DNA of 60,939 bases, counting the filler. It is 6 parts of 6 records of this genome, joined end to end, with 100 filler letters (N's around TTAATTAATTAA, not from the genome) between each part and the next. Parts side by side here need not be neighbours in the genome. Positions count along the whole stretch, not along the records: positions 1 to 5,092 come from SRR2962707_4235; positions 5,193 to 21,064 come from SRR2962707_4236; 4 more parts are not named here. The stretch is one strand, 5' to 3'. The notes under the pieces are model-generated. The model was not told the DNA's origin and did not search any database. It worked only from the letters and a program-made list of their open reading frames with translations. Both the position numbers and the translations under genes were made by a program. Each line of letters starts with the position of its first letter. Position 1 is the first letter of the stretch. This document shows positions 1-9,662 of this stretch, one piece after another.

Positions 1-560
1 CGCGACCGGATGGTCGGCAGCAATCGTCCCGGCGTATGTGAAAGCACCAGAAACAGAGACCGCTTTGGCGGCTCCTCGAGGATTTTCAGGATGGCGTTTG
101 CGGCGTTGCGATTGAGGTCGTCTGCCGAATCGATAATGGCCACCCGCCAGTTGCCGGTACCTGAAGTCTGTCCGAAAAATTTTCCGGCCCGCCGCACTTC
201 GTCGACGGTGATGACGGATTTGGCCTTGCCGGTTTTTTCATCCACCGGGCGTGCCAGGTGAAGCACATTATGCGATGCCCCGCTGGAAATCTGGCGGCCG
301 ACGGCATCGTCAATATCGGGGTCTGCGATGCGGTCTGGCGCCGTTAGCGGATCTGGATGGGCCAGCACATGATGGGCAAACCGGTAGGCCAGTGTGGCCT
401 TGCCGATCCCCTCTGGCCCCTCGATCAGGATGGCATGGTGCATCCGGCCCGACCGGTAGGCCGTGGCCAGGAAGTCTTGCGCGGAATCATGGCCATACAG
501 CACCGTATTGCGCTCGGGCGGGATCGCGCCCTCCAGCAGGCCGGGCTGCTCTCCACTCAT
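1..560 (-). CDS. holB: DNA polymerase III delta' subunit, 3'-truncated by window edge
   Basis: Manual translation (absent from the ORF track): [11 protein letters not shown]...[24 protein letters not shown]...LLPTIRSR. ATGA overlap with the tmk stop; conserved tmk-holB order. Confidence 0.93.
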   Translation of the reverse strand, partial: MSGEQPGLLEGAIPPERNTVLYGHDSAQDFLATAYRSGRMHHAILIEGPEGIGKATLAYRFAHHVLAHPDPLTAPDRIADPDIDDAVGRQISSGASHNVLHLARPVDEKTGKAKSVITVDEVRRAGKFFGQTSGTGNWRVAIIDSADDLNRNAANAILKILEEPPKRSLFLVLSHTPGRLLPTIRS

Positions 561-1237
561 GCCTTTTTGCCTTTGCTCGGCTCGTCGGGTTCGGCTTTGG
601 CGAGGATCGGTTCGAATGCAGCCATGATGGCCAGAGCGACAGCATCTTCGGACTGGTTGGCGTCAATCAGCTTGCACCGCTCGGGCTCGGTCCGTGTCAG
701 GTCGATGAAGGCCTCACGGCGCTTTTCGTGCGTCGACACTTCTTCCTTCTCGAACCTGTCGGGCGCAACATCTTCGCCTTCGCGTGCCTTGGCTCGTCCC
801 AATCCGACAGAAGCCGGGAGATCGAGCACCAGCGTCAGATCGGGGATCATGCCATTGATGGCAATCCGTTCCAGATGCTGCATGAATTGCGGCTCAAGAT
901 TGCCGGTGACACCCTGATAGACCCGGCTGGAATCCATGAACCTGTCACACAGAACGATCGTCCCTTCGCTGACCGCAGGGCGGATCACTTGCTCGATGTG
1001 GTCACTGCGCGCCGCAGCAAACAGCATGGCTTCCATGCGAACACCGAATTCTTCTGCAGCGCCGGACAACAGCACATGCCGCACGGCTTCCGCGCCCTGA
1101 GAGCCGCCGGGTTCCCGTGTGACCAGCACATCGTGGCCGCGCCGCCTCAGCAGGTCGGCCAGACGGTGGATCTGCGTCGACTTGCCGACCCCCTCCCCGC
1201 CTTCAAATGTTATGAACAGCCCTGCGCTTTTCGTCAC
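557..1237 (-). CDS. tmk: Thymidylate kinase
   Basis: [15 protein letters not shown]-loop, TREPGG, CDRF motifs. Confidence 0.97.
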   Translation of the reverse strand: MTKSAGLFITFEGGEGVGKSTQIHRLADLLRRRGHDVLVTREPGGSQGAEAVRHVLLSGAAEEFGVRMEAMLFAAARSDHIEQVIRPAVSEGTIVLCDRFMDSSRVYQGVTGNLEPQFMQHLERIAINGMIPDLTLVLDLPASVGLGRAKAREGEDVAPDRFEKEEVSTHEKRREAFIDLTRTEPERCKLIDANQSEDAVALAIMAAFEPILAKAEPDEPSKGKKA

Positions 1238-1362
1238 GTTTCAATTTCCCTGTCGCCGCAGGCTCAATTCGCGCACGGAACATCTTGATGAGGTCACCGG
1301 AGGTGTCCGGTTCGTCATGGTCTAAAGCAATTCAATTCAGAAATGAACGCTTGCCAAGGGTG

Positions 1363-2520
1363 TTACAGCCAGAATTGCGCCAGTTCTATCAGCGCATCAA
1401 GCGCCTGTGTGTGCAATGGCCCCTTGTCGACGGCCTCCTGGGCAAAAAGCGGTGTCTCCTGGGACAGCGTGTCCCCGATATAGACTTTCAGAACGCCAAC
1501 CTGAGCGCCTGCTTCGATTGGCGCGCGCAGGGGCCAGCGATAGGTGATTCGCGCTGTCAGACGGTCCGGATTGGTGATCGGCAGCAGAATGTCGACCGCA
1601 CCCTTGGCTTTGACGATGGCGCTCTCCGCTCCACCATAGACGCTGACTTCGCCGATGGTTTCATCGCTTGCAAACAAGGTCTTGCGTTCAAAGGCGCGAA
1701 TGCCCCACTCCAGCATCTTGCGCGATTCCTCGGCGCGCTCTCGCTCTGTCGCCATTCCGCTCATCGCCAGAAACAGCCGCCGGCCATCCCGCTTGATCGA
1801 GGAGACGATCGCGTAGCCCGATTCCTCGGTGAAACCGGTTTTCAGCCCGTCCACGCCGATGTCGAGCCCGAGAAGCGGATTGCGGTTGCGCTGCCGGATA
1901 TTGTTCCAGGTGAATTCCGGCTCGGCGTAATATTTGTAAAACTCCGGATAGGTCGACTGGATATGGTGCGCCAGGGTGACCAGATCCTTCATTGTGACCT
2001 TGGAATCGGGATGCGGCAATCCGTTGGAGTTGCCAAATACCGATGTGGTCAGACCGATGGCCCGGGCGCGTTCTGTCATCAGCCGGGCGAAATTCTCTTC
2101 TGACCCCGCCATGCCTTCGGCAATGATGATGCAGCCGTCATTGGCCGATTGCACAATCACCCCCAAAATCAAGTCTTCCAGCCGGATGGAGGATTTCAGT
2201 TCCGCAAACATCGTCGAGGTGCGCGACAGGGCGCCACCTGTCCGCCATGCATTTTCAGACACTTGAAACGTGTCGTCCAGTGTCAGCCGGCCGGTGCGAA
2301 TGGCGTTGAACACCACTTCCATCGTCATCAGTTTGGCAAGTGAAGCCGGCGGCACCGTTTCATCTTCGTTCTTGGCAAACAGCACCGTGCCGGTGTCGGC
2401 ATCAATCAGATAGGCCTGCTTGGCGCGCGTTTCAAAAAGCTGTGCCAGCGCAGGCGTTGCCCAGCCACCAATAAGCAGCACCAGAACAACAAACAGGCGG
2501 GTGAAGACCGACCGGGGCAT
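1363..2520 (-). CDS. dacA: D-alanyl-D-alanine carboxypeptidase (peptidase S11, PBP5/6 type)
   Basis: PASLAKLMT (SxxK), SAN (SxN), KTG; signal peptide. Start placed at MPRSV (2520). Confidence 0.92.
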   Translation of the reverse strand: MPRSVFTRLFVVLVLLIGGWATPALAQLFETRAKQAYLIDADTGTVLFAKNEDETVPPASLAKLMTMEVVFNAIRTGRLTLDDTFQVSENAWRTGGALSRTSTMFAELKSSIRLEDLILGVIVQSANDGCIIIAEGMAGSEENFARLMTERARAIGLTTSVFGNSNGLPHPDSKVTMKDLVTLAHHIQSTYPEFYKYYAEPEFTWNNIRQRNRNPLLGLDIGVDGLKTGFTEESGYAIVSSIKRDGRRLFLAMSGMATERERAEESRKMLEWGIRAFERKTLFASDETIGEVSVYGGAESAIVKAKGAVDILLPITNPDRLTARITYRWPLRAPIEAGAQVGVLKVYIGDTLSQETPLFAQEAVDKGPLHTQALDALIELAQFWL

Positions 2521-2704
2521 AGGGCCATCCATCAACGGAGAAAATCGCGCATGAGTTGAACCTAGCAACCAAGCCGGGGCGGATCAATGCCTTGAAGGAA
2601 TTGCACAATAGTCAGAGCTCTCGAAAATGCTCAGGGCTGACGCCAGACACCAGGGGTTTGGTATCGACAAAGCGCTCCTGATGGAGTGCCATCCAATTTC
2701 AGCG

Positions 2705-3775
2705 TCAACGGGATGGAGCGCCCAACAAACTGTCGAACGTATGTCTGGAGCTGCTCAACCGGCCGCCCCAGAACGCTATGCCGACATCGCGCATGCCTGT
2801 CTCTGCACTGGCGGCGATGGGCAATCCGAACGAAGGCCTGTCGGGAAGCACCGGCCCGACATCGGGAAGTGCGAAGCCAACCGGAATATCCAGCGGTGAA
2901 TTTGAGAAGGCTGTTGTCCCGCTTGCCTGGTAGGCAGTTGACGATGTGGCGCCCAAAGCTGCTGGCGGGACCATTCCTGCCTGGGAGGATCCTACGCCCG
3001 GCAGCGCCGAGCCGACCGTGTTCATCGCCATCATCACGCCGGTCGCGATAATGCCTTCGGCGGGTGCATTGGAGCCGCCCGGCCGGTAGCTGGCCATGAG
3101 GTAGCGCGTATCATCACCCTCGACCGGAGCGCGGCCGACATATTCCACCCGAACGGCTGCGACGCCTTCATGCTTCATATCAAGAAGTTCAGCCGCCTGA
3201 TTGGACAGATCGATGATCCGTCCATGGGCAAACGGACCGCGATCATTGACACGGACGATCACCGTGTTGCCGTTTTTCTTGTTGGTAACGCGAGCGTAAC
3301 TGGGCAGCGGAAAGGTCGGATGGGCAGCCGAAAGATGGAACTGGTCGTAGATCTCGCCATTGGCAGTCAGCCGGCCGTGGAAATTCGGACCGTACCACGA
3401 AGCCAGTCCAGCCTTGTCGTAGTCGGGGTCTTCATTCGGCGTGTACCACTTGCCGCGAACCCGGTAAGGCTTGCCGACCATCGAGCGCCCGCCGCCCTTT
3501 TTCGGCCGTTTGGCGGTGGTCATCCGCGGACTTGCGGCAACGCCGTATTCCGAAACCGAAAACTTTGACTTGGTGTTGATATGGGAGCCTGCGGATTTGC
3601 TCTTGGAACCGGACGTGGAGCTGCAACCGGCGAGGCCAAGTGCAAGCACGGCCACCATTCCCACGCTGACCACTGTGCGCAGCCCTGCCCCGGTTCGATA
3701 CATCTGTCTGTGTCCCACACCGCTATTCGATACTCTGGCGGTTGCCATTATGGCCTGGCAGTAAGTCCCCTGCAA
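2705..3775 (-). CDS. rlpA: RlpA-family septal lytic transglycosylase lipoprotein (true start probably nearer 3703-3748)
   Basis: Lipobox LAGC; GLASWYG, TANGE, AAHPTFP, VRVNDRGPF, RIIDLS. Confidence 0.92.
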   Translation of the reverse strand: MQGTYCQAIMATARVSNSGVGHRQMYRTGAGLRTVVSVGMVAVLALGLAGCSSTSGSKSKSAGSHINTKSKFSVSEYGVAASPRMTTAKRPKKGGGRSMVGKPYRVRGKWYTPNEDPDYDKAGLASWYGPNFHGRLTANGEIYDQFHLSAAHPTFPLPSYARVTNKKNGNTVIVRVNDRGPFAHGRIIDLSNQAAELLDMKHEGVAAVRVEYVGRAPVEGDDTRYLMASYRPGGSNAPAEGIIATGVMMAMNTVGSALPGVGSSQAGMVPPAALGATSSTAYQASGTTAFSNSPLDIPVGFALPDVGPVLPDRPSFGLPIAASAETGMRDVGIAFWGGRLSSSRHTFDSLLGAPSR

Positions 3776-3907
3776 AGCCGTCCCCTTCGATCAATGCGTT
3801 TGATGTGCTAATCGAAGGTTTAAGTCGCCGGGCAACATGGCAAAATTGCGATCATCTCGTCGGCAGACCGCCTCAATGTAGCTGCCATGGTAAATTATCA
3901 GTGAATA

Positions 3908-4303
3908 TCAGCCCTCAATTCGCGCTTTGCCGCTGCGACCGTCGTCGCGGACCCAGTCGAGGGATCGCTCGCCAGTCTTCCTGATCTGGAAGCATGTGGC
4001 CTTTCCGTCATACCAGGTCGGCCACTGCTGACACAGATTCTCCCCCTTGACCCACCAGCGGCCTGTTTCGGTCGGGGCGAAGAATTTGCCAAGGCCAAGG
4101 GCTGTGCCGTCACCGGTAACCACACCCGTTGGCTGGTAATTGAGCGGGAATTCGCCGCCGAACGGGGTGGCCAGGTAGACCCGTTTGCCATTGACGAATT
4201 GCTTCAATTGGCTCCCGGCGAGTTGCTCGGCGTTTGCCGCAACTGGCGCAAGAGAGACCGCAAGTAGCGACGCAATGCCGAGGATAGTGGTTTTTGAATG
4301 CAT
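3908..4303 (-). CDS. Exported hypothetical protein
   Basis: GGAG RBS before MHSKTT; signal peptide ending ANA; GRWWVKGENLCQQW...C pattern. Confidence 0.7.
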   Translation of the reverse strand: MHSKTTILGIASLLAVSLAPVAANAEQLAGSQLKQFVNGKRVYLATPFGGEFPLNYQPTGVVTGDGTALGLGKFFAPTETGRWWVKGENLCQQWPTWYDGKATCFQIRKTGERSLDWVRDDGRSGKARIEG

Positions 4304-4499
4304 TTCGGATCTCCGGAACAATGGACATGAACCTGATACGCGCCAGCAGCCCAAATGGTTTCGTCGACCGGATAAAAACCTTTGCCAGGGCGCATTCAGC
4401 CTGGGTATGTTTGAGGTGTTGGGCTCAGTTGAGCAACGCTTCTTGACCCAAACCCCGAGCAGAAGTGCAATGATTTTGTCCGCCAGGAGGCTTAATGTC

Positions 4500-4775
4500 A
4501 TGAAAACGACGCTACTCATTGTCTCCGGAACGCTGATCTTCGGCCTGACGTTTGCGGCTTGGTACTGGCTGAACGCTTTTGCCTGCGGCATGAACACAAC
4601 CGGCTGCAGGCAGATCAGTCTGAATTGGGGAGATTGGGAAGCGTTGCAGATCTTCGCCCCGACATTCCTGCTGGGGCTCGGGCTGATGCTTGCCGGCGGA
4701 TGGCGGTTGGTGCGGCGTGATGGATCCTCGGCAGGGCCGCTGCAGTCAGGCAAGGATGGAGACAAAACTCAGTGA
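4500..4775 (+). CDS. Small two-TM membrane protein with Cys pair
   Basis: AGGAGG RBS at 4485-4490; two hydrophobic helices flanking FACGMNTTGC. Confidence 0.7.
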   Translation: MKTTLLIVSGTLIFGLTFAAWYWLNAFACGMNTTGCRQISLNWGDWEALQIFAPTFLLGLGLMLAGGWRLVRRDGSSAGPLQSGKDGDKTQ

Positions 4776-4924
4776 CGGGCCGTGGTTCCACAGTCAGGTC
4801 TTTCGATTACCACGCCGACTGGTTTTGGGAGCCACCGGATAAATCATTTTTCAGAACACGAACACGGCCAGTACGCCGGTTCGCTCGGCAGGTCGGAAAA
4901 AACCGACGCGGATTTCAATAGGCG

Positions 4925-4954
4925 TTGACTGCAGTTCGCAGAAAGCTGTAGAAG
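4925..4954 (+). promoter_or_regulatory. Probable sigma70 promoter of tRNA-Ser
   Basis: TTGACT-N18-TAGAAG followed by GC-rich CGCCCC. Confidence 0.45.
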
Positions 4955-5046
4955 CGCCCCGAAGATACTTGGTAGCAAGATGGTTGCAGGCGCATCAAAC
5001 CGCGCGTTTGCCAAAAACCGGACGGCAGGAATTGAACCACTATCTT

Positions 5047-5092
5047 GGAGGGGTGGCCGAGCGGTTTAAGGCACCGGTCTTGAAAACCGGCG
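5047..5092 (+). tRNA. tRNA-Ser(TGA), 5' part, truncated by gap
   Basis: GGAGGGGTGGCCGAGCGGTTTAAGGC D-arm; anticodon stem CCGGT-CTTGAAA-ACCGG. Confidence 0.92.
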
Positions 5093-5192
5093 NNNNNNNN
5101 NNNNNNNNNNNNNNNNNNNNNNNNNNNNNNNNNNNNTTAATTAATTAANNNNNNNNNNNNNNNNNNNNNNNNNNNNNNNNNNNNNNNNNNNN
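5093..5192. other. Artificial contig spacer
   Basis: N-run with central TTAATTAATTAA (stops in all six frames). Confidence 0.99.
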
Positions 5193-5249
5193 TAGCGCAC
5201 CTCGTTCGGGACGAGGGGGTCGCAGGTTCAAATCCTGCCACTCCGACCA
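5193..5249 (+). tRNA. tRNA-Pro(CGG), 3' part, truncated by gap
   Basis: CTCGT-TCGGG-ACGAG anticodon arm, GGTTCAAATCC T-arm, encoded CCA end. Confidence 0.93.
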
Positions 5250-5262
5250 GTTTTGAAGACAG

Positions 5263-5304
5263 CAAAGGCTCCCGGCGTTTTCCGCGCGGGAGCCTTTGTC
5301 TTTT
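5263..5304. terminator. Intrinsic terminator between tRNA-Pro and convergent small ORF
   Basis: CAAAGGCTCCCG...CGGGAGCCTTTG stem followed by TCTTTT. Confidence 0.8.
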
Positions 5305-5319
5305 CCGACCGCTTGACGC

Positions 5320-5499
5320 CTAGCGCCGCCCGAGAAGCCAGTCGATGATACCGATGACCTGGCCGACGCCCCCGCCACCCGGCGAGCAGGCATAGGCAGG
5401 CTCGGCGGTGAGCATCATTGCAGCCGCACCCGTCACGAGTGCGAGAGCCGTCGCCGACACGGTCATTTTGAGCCGTGTGGGCCGAAACAGTTTCAACAC
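5320..5499 (-). CDS. 59-aa putative secreted peptide (not in ORF track)
   Basis: GGGGGA RBS, GTG start: MLKLFRPTRLKMTVSATALALVTGAAAMMLTAEPAYA-CSPGGGGVGQVIGIIDWLLGRR; signal-peptide architecture with AYA site. Confidence 0.6.
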   Translation of the reverse strand: MLKLFRPTRLKMTVSATALALVTGAAAMMLTAEPAYACSPGGGGVGQVIGIIDWLLGRR

Positions 5500-5586
5500 G
5501 AGACATCCCCCATTGCAGTTGGTTACGATCCGCCCCTTGTCAGCAAGAGGCGGGCCAGCCCGTCCGCACCCTTATGAGGAAACGTC

Positions 5587-6222
5587 ATGGCGCCCGTTCT
5601 TTACGACTTCTCCCTTGCACCGAGCCCCCGCCGCGCGCGGATCCTTCTCGCCGAGAAGGGAATCGAGCATGAGACGGTCCAGGTCGACCTCGCAAAGGCC
5701 GAACAGCTCGGCGAGGCCTACCGCGCCATCAATCCAGCCTGCACGGTGCCTGCGCTGAAGCTCGAGAGCGGCGCGATCATCACCGAAAATATCGGCATCG
5801 CCGCCTGGGCGGACGCCGTGAAGCCGGAGCCTGCACTGCTCGGCTCGACGCCGGAAGAAAAGGGCCTCGTTTTCAGCTGGAATGCGCGGATCGAGTTCGA
5901 AGGCTTCATGCCGATCGCCGAAATCCTGCGCAACACCTCGAAAGGCATGGTCGGCCGCGCGCTCCCCGGCCCGCTCGATCTGCAGCAGATTCCCGAACTT
6001 GCCGAGCGCGGCTCCGTTCGCCTCAAGCAGTTCTTCGACATGCTGAACGCCCGCCTGAAGGGCCGCGAGTGGATCGCCATCGACCGCTTTTCCTTCGCCG
6101 ACATCACGGCGCTGGTCTGCATCGATTTCGCGAAATGGGTGAAGCACGAGCCCCAGCCCGAGCATGCAGACTTGCTGCGCTGGCATGCGGCCGCGTCCGC
6201 GCGGCCGAGCGCCAAGGCCTGA
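5587..6222 (+). CDS. Glutathione S-transferase family protein
   Basis: APSPRRARILLAEKG, INPxxTVPAL, FSFADIT; GAGGA RBS. Confidence 0.93.
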   Translation: MAPVLYDFSLAPSPRRARILLAEKGIEHETVQVDLAKAEQLGEAYRAINPACTVPALKLESGAIITENIGIAAWADAVKPEPALLGSTPEEKGLVFSWNARIEFEGFMPIAEILRNTSKGMVGRALPGPLDLQQIPELAERGSVRLKQFFDMLNARLKGREWIAIDRFSFADITALVCIDFAKWVKHEPQPEHADLLRWHAAASARPSAKA

Positions 6223-6267
6223 CGGCGCAAATTTGACACCGTAATCCCCGTCCCTATGATGCGCTCA

Positions 6268-6482
6268 CTCGATGGTTCCGGGCGTCGCCCCCAAGGCGGC
6301 TTCCGGAGGCAAGAGGGAACAGGGTGAGGCCTTTCCGGCCAATGCCCTGGCTGCCCCCGCAACTGTAAGCGGCGAGGCTCCGTTCCACTTATGTCACTGG
6401 CTGCCAAGGTCCTTCTTCAGGGCCGGCATCCCGGGAAGACGGAACGAGGCCTGTGACCCGCGAGCCAGGAGACCTGCCACCG
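6268..6482 (+). promoter_or_regulatory. Cobalamin (B12) riboswitch
   Basis: AGGGAACAGGGTG, CTGCCCCCGCAACTGT, TCACTG...GGGAAG, and B12 box AGCCAGGAGACCTGCC, upstream of a BtuB-like receptor. Confidence 0.95.
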
Positions 6483-6635
6483 GGTTCGTCATCTGCCGTG
6501 GCCGGGGGTGTGCCAGGGGGACGGCCTGTTCGCGGGGTCTCGCTGCTCCCGGCTTTCCGTTTTCCGTGTCTCTCCCTCTGCTCCGGCGCCATGCGGCCGG
6601 GGCGGCCGCGCCAGAGAGACAGGACTCTGACTTCA

Positions 6636-8615
6636 ATGAAAAAGACAGGCTGGGGGGCCTTCGCGGCCCTGACATTGGCGGCTATTGCCGCAGCGCCCGC
6701 GCAGGCGGACGAAGCAATCGAGACACCCGAACTTCTGATATCCGGCGGCATCGACCCCCTTCCCACAAAGGAAGTGGCATCGAGCTACACGATCGTCACC
6801 GCGGAAGAGATCGAGAAGTTCCAGTACCAGGACATCACCGACGCGCTGCGTTCCGTTCCGGGCGTGCATGTCGTGCCGTCCGGTTCGCGCGGCACGGTAA
6901 CAACGGTCTTCACGCGCGGCGCCAATTCCAACCAGACGCTAGTGCTCCTGAACGGAATGCCAATCAACGACCCGTCCTTTCCGAACGGTGCGGCGAATCT
7001 CGCCGGCATTCCGCTCGACAATGTCGAACGCATCGAAGTGGTGCGCGGTCCGCAATCCTCGCTCTATGGCAGCCAGGCCATCGGCGGCGTCATCAACATC
7101 ATCACCAGGACGGGCGCGGGCGACCCAAGCGTCACCGCGCGTATCGAAGGCGGCACGCTCGGTACGCTCAACACCTATGCGAGCACGGGCGGTAGCTTCG
7201 GCGCTTCCGATTATTTCCTCTCGCTCTCGCGCGAAGACACCGACGGCAACGACATCACGCCGTCGCGGCTTCACGATGCACGAGGCGGCGAGGATGACGG
7301 CACCGAGACGCTTTCCGCCTCTGGCCGCATCGGCACGAAGTTCAGCGAATATGTAAGCGGTTCGATCTTCGCGCAGTACACGGATGCCGAGGCCGATACC
7401 GATTCCGACGGTTCGACCGCCGGTTTCGTCAGCATCTATCAGAACTTCGACAGTGTTTTCGAATCGAAGCGTCTCTTTGTTTCCGGCGACCTTTCGGGGC
7501 GCTTCGCTGGCGGCAAGTGGCGGCCGCGCCTTTCGCTCGGCTACACGCAGCAGGATTCGGATTCTTCCGACAATCCCGATCCCGGCGGCTCCATCTATCT
7601 CGACCGCGCCAGCAATGAAGGCCGGACGATCAAGGCTGCCTTCGACAATGCGCTGGATCTTTCCGACCAGCACCTGCTGACCTTCGGCGGCAGCTTTACG
7701 CGCGACGAGTTCGAGTCCGACGGTTACCGCGATCTCGGCGGCTTCGTCATCGCGCTCAATTCCGATGCGAAGACCGACGCCGCCGCAGTCTATGTCGCCG
7801 ACCACATGACGTTCGGCGAACGCTTCTTCGCAACCGTCAGCGCACGCCACGACATGCCCGAAGACATGGATGACCGCTCCACCTTCACGCTGGCGCCCGG
7901 TTACTACCACCCGGAAACGGATACGCGCCTCACCGTCTCCTACGGCACCGGCTTCAAGACGCCGTCGCTCTACCAGCGCTACGGCTTCGACGTGAATACC
8001 TTTGGCGGCTTTCCGTCGGGCGTTTACACCGGCAACCCGAACCTCAAGCCCGAGAAGAGCAAGGGGTGGGAAGCCGGTATCGAACAGGGCTTCTTCGATG
8101 GCAAGGCGGTCGCCGGCGTGACATGGTTCGACACGGAGATCGAGGATGCCATTTCCATCGTCTTCATCGGCGTCAACTCGACCGCGATCAATGTCGACAA
8201 GTTCGATACCAAGGGCATCGAAGCCTTTGTGGAGTTCAACCCCTTCGCCGAACTGACGACGCGCATCGACTACACGCTGACCATCCTCAAGGCCGATGTT
8301 TTCGTCAGCCAGATGGTTCGCCGCCCCCGCCATCAGCTCGGCTTCACGGCGAGCTGGGAGCCCGTCTCCGGGACGGTTCTCTCTACCAACCTCGAATGGG
8401 TCGACGTCTATCGCGATGTGCCGCGCGATGCCTTCGGCTTTTATGTGAACCCGGCGCCCTACACGCTGGTCAACATCGCCGGGTCGCACCGGCTCAATGA
8501 CAACGTCAAGCTCACGGCTCGGGTGAACAACCTGCTCGACAAGACCTATGAGCCGGCTAACGGTTTCCAGGCACCGGGCATCGAAGCTCTCGCAGGCGTT
8601 GAACTCACCTTCTAG
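6636..8615 (+). CDS. btuB: TonB-dependent receptor, BtuB-like cobalamin transporter
   Basis: Signal peptide MKKTGW...AQA; plug ERIEVVRGPQSSLYG; GNPNLKPE; C-terminal Phe; downstream of B12 riboswitch. Confidence 0.88.
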   Translation: MKKTGWGAFAALTLAAIAAAPAQADEAIETPELLISGGIDPLPTKEVASSYTIVTAEEIEKFQYQDITDALRSVPGVHVVPSGSRGTVTTVFTRGANSNQTLVLLNGMPINDPSFPNGAANLAGIPLDNVERIEVVRGPQSSLYGSQAIGGVINIITRTGAGDPSVTARIEGGTLGTLNTYASTGGSFGASDYFLSLSREDTDGNDITPSRLHDARGGEDDGTETLSASGRIGTKFSEYVSGSIFAQYTDAEADTDSDGSTAGFVSIYQNFDSVFESKRLFVSGDLSGRFAGGKWRPRLSLGYTQQDSDSSDNPDPGGSIYLDRASNEGRTIKAAFDNALDLSDQHLLTFGGSFTRDEFESDGYRDLGGFVIALNSDAKTDAAAVYVADHMTFGERFFATVSARHDMPEDMDDRSTFTLAPGYYHPETDTRLTVSYGTGFKTPSLYQRYGFDVNTFGGFPSGVYTGNPNLKPEKSKGWEAGIEQGFFDGKAVAGVTWFDTEIEDAISIVFIGVNSTAINVDKFDTKGIEAFVEFNPFAELTTRIDYTLTILKADVFVSQMVRRPRHQLGFTASWEPVSGTVLSTNLEWVDVYRDVPRDAFGFYVNPAPYTLVNIAGSHRLNDNVKLTARVNNLLDKTYEPANGFQAPGIEALAGVELTF

Positions 8616-8635
8616 AGAAGGCTCGTCGCAAAAGT

Positions 8636-8669
8636 AAAGGCGCGGGGCTCAACCCCCCGCGCCTTTTTC
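8636..8669. terminator. Bidirectional intrinsic terminator
   Basis: AAAGGCGCGGGG...CCCCGCGCCTTTTT between convergent genes. Confidence 0.85.
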
Positions 8670-8682
8670 ATTTCCGGTTCGT

Positions 8683-9531
8683 TCAGTTTCCGGTGAAATT
8701 CGCCGTGCGCTTCTCGACGAAATGAGCCACGCCTTCCTTGAAGTCGGCGCTGCCGAAACTCTTCTGCATTTCGCTGTCGCCGATTTCCAGCGCGTCGTTG
8801 AAGTTCTGGAACAGCGCCTTCCATATCTGCGCCTTCATCACCGCCATGGAGCGCGGCGAGACGGTTTCGGACAGCATCCGCGCATAATCCATGACGTTCG
8901 CCATGAAGTTTTCCTGCGGGAAGACCTTGTTGACGAGGCCCATGCGTCCGGCTTCGTCCGCCATCACCTTGCGCGCCGACATCAACAGGTCGAGCGAATG
9001 CGCCGGGCCGACGAGATGCGGTAGCAACCACGACACGCCATGCTCCGCGATCAGGCCGCGGCTCGCAAAGGCGGTCGTGAACTTCGCTTCCGAGCCCGCA
9101 AAGCGAATATCGGCATAGAGCGCGAAGACGAGACCGAGCCCTGCGGCCGGTCCGTTGATCGCGGCGATGATGGGCTTCTTCACCTGCATCAGGTAGCCGA
9201 AGCGGCCGCCATAATGCGGGCTCACATCGGGGCCGAGCCCGCTCGCGAAATCATATGCTTCCTCGCGCGATGCCTGCGCCAGTTCCCGGTCTTCCCACTT
9301 CGTCGGCTTGATCGACTGCAGCAGGTTCATGTCGGCGCCCGCGCAGAAGCCGCGCCCTGCCCCTGTAATCACGACGACGCGGACATTGTCGTCTTCCACA
9401 GCCGCCGCCATCGCCTGCTTGACGCTTTTTTCCATCGCCGCCGTCCAGGCGTTCAGCTTGTCCGGCCGGTTCAGCGTCAGCACCGCCACGCGGTCCTCCA
9501 CCTCATAGAGCAGGTCTTCATATTGGGTCAT
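8683..9531 (-). CDS. Enoyl-CoA hydratase/crotonase family protein
   Basis: LTLNRPDKLNA, GRGFCAGAD, KPIIAAINGPAAG; GGAGGAG RBS before MTQYE. Confidence 0.93.
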   Translation of the reverse strand: MTQYEDLLYEVEDRVAVLTLNRPDKLNAWTAAMEKSVKQAMAAAVEDDNVRVVVITGAGRGFCAGADMNLLQSIKPTKWEDRELAQASREEAYDFASGLGPDVSPHYGGRFGYLMQVKKPIIAAINGPAAGLGLVFALYADIRFAGSEAKFTTAFASRGLIAEHGVSWLLPHLVGPAHSLDLLMSARKVMADEAGRMGLVNKVFPQENFMANVMDYARMLSETVSPRSMAVMKAQIWKALFQNFNDALEIGDSEMQKSFGSADFKEGVAHFVEKRTANFTGN

Positions 9532-9662
9532 TGTCTCCTCCCGTATCGGTCTTTGTCCGTTCCCTTTGGCCCGGAGTATAGGCAGAAAGCCTGCCCCGCT
9601 GCGACAAACTGCGCTCGCAATGGCCATGGCCTCCCCGGCCCCACCAACGTAATATCCGGCTT

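Noticed and set aside
5047..5092. Possible selenocysteine or suppressor tRNA
   Set aside because: The anticodon is TGA (reads UCA, Ser), not TCA
5137..5148. Recurring TTAATTAATTAA motif (five copies)
   Set aside because: Always centred in an N-run; an artificial linker
5047..5249. 5' and 3' tRNA pieces on either side of a gap, resembling a split or interrupted tRNA
   Set aside because: Each piece has its own anticodon (Ser TGA, Pro CGG), and they belong to different contigs
5228..5506. 92-aa ORF from the track
   Set aside because: Runs through the terminator and tRNA; the alternative 59-aa frame has the RBS and a coherent signal peptide
6272..7195. 307-aa ORF and upstream extension of btuB
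   Set aside because: Overlaps the riboswitch; the signal peptide starts at 6636
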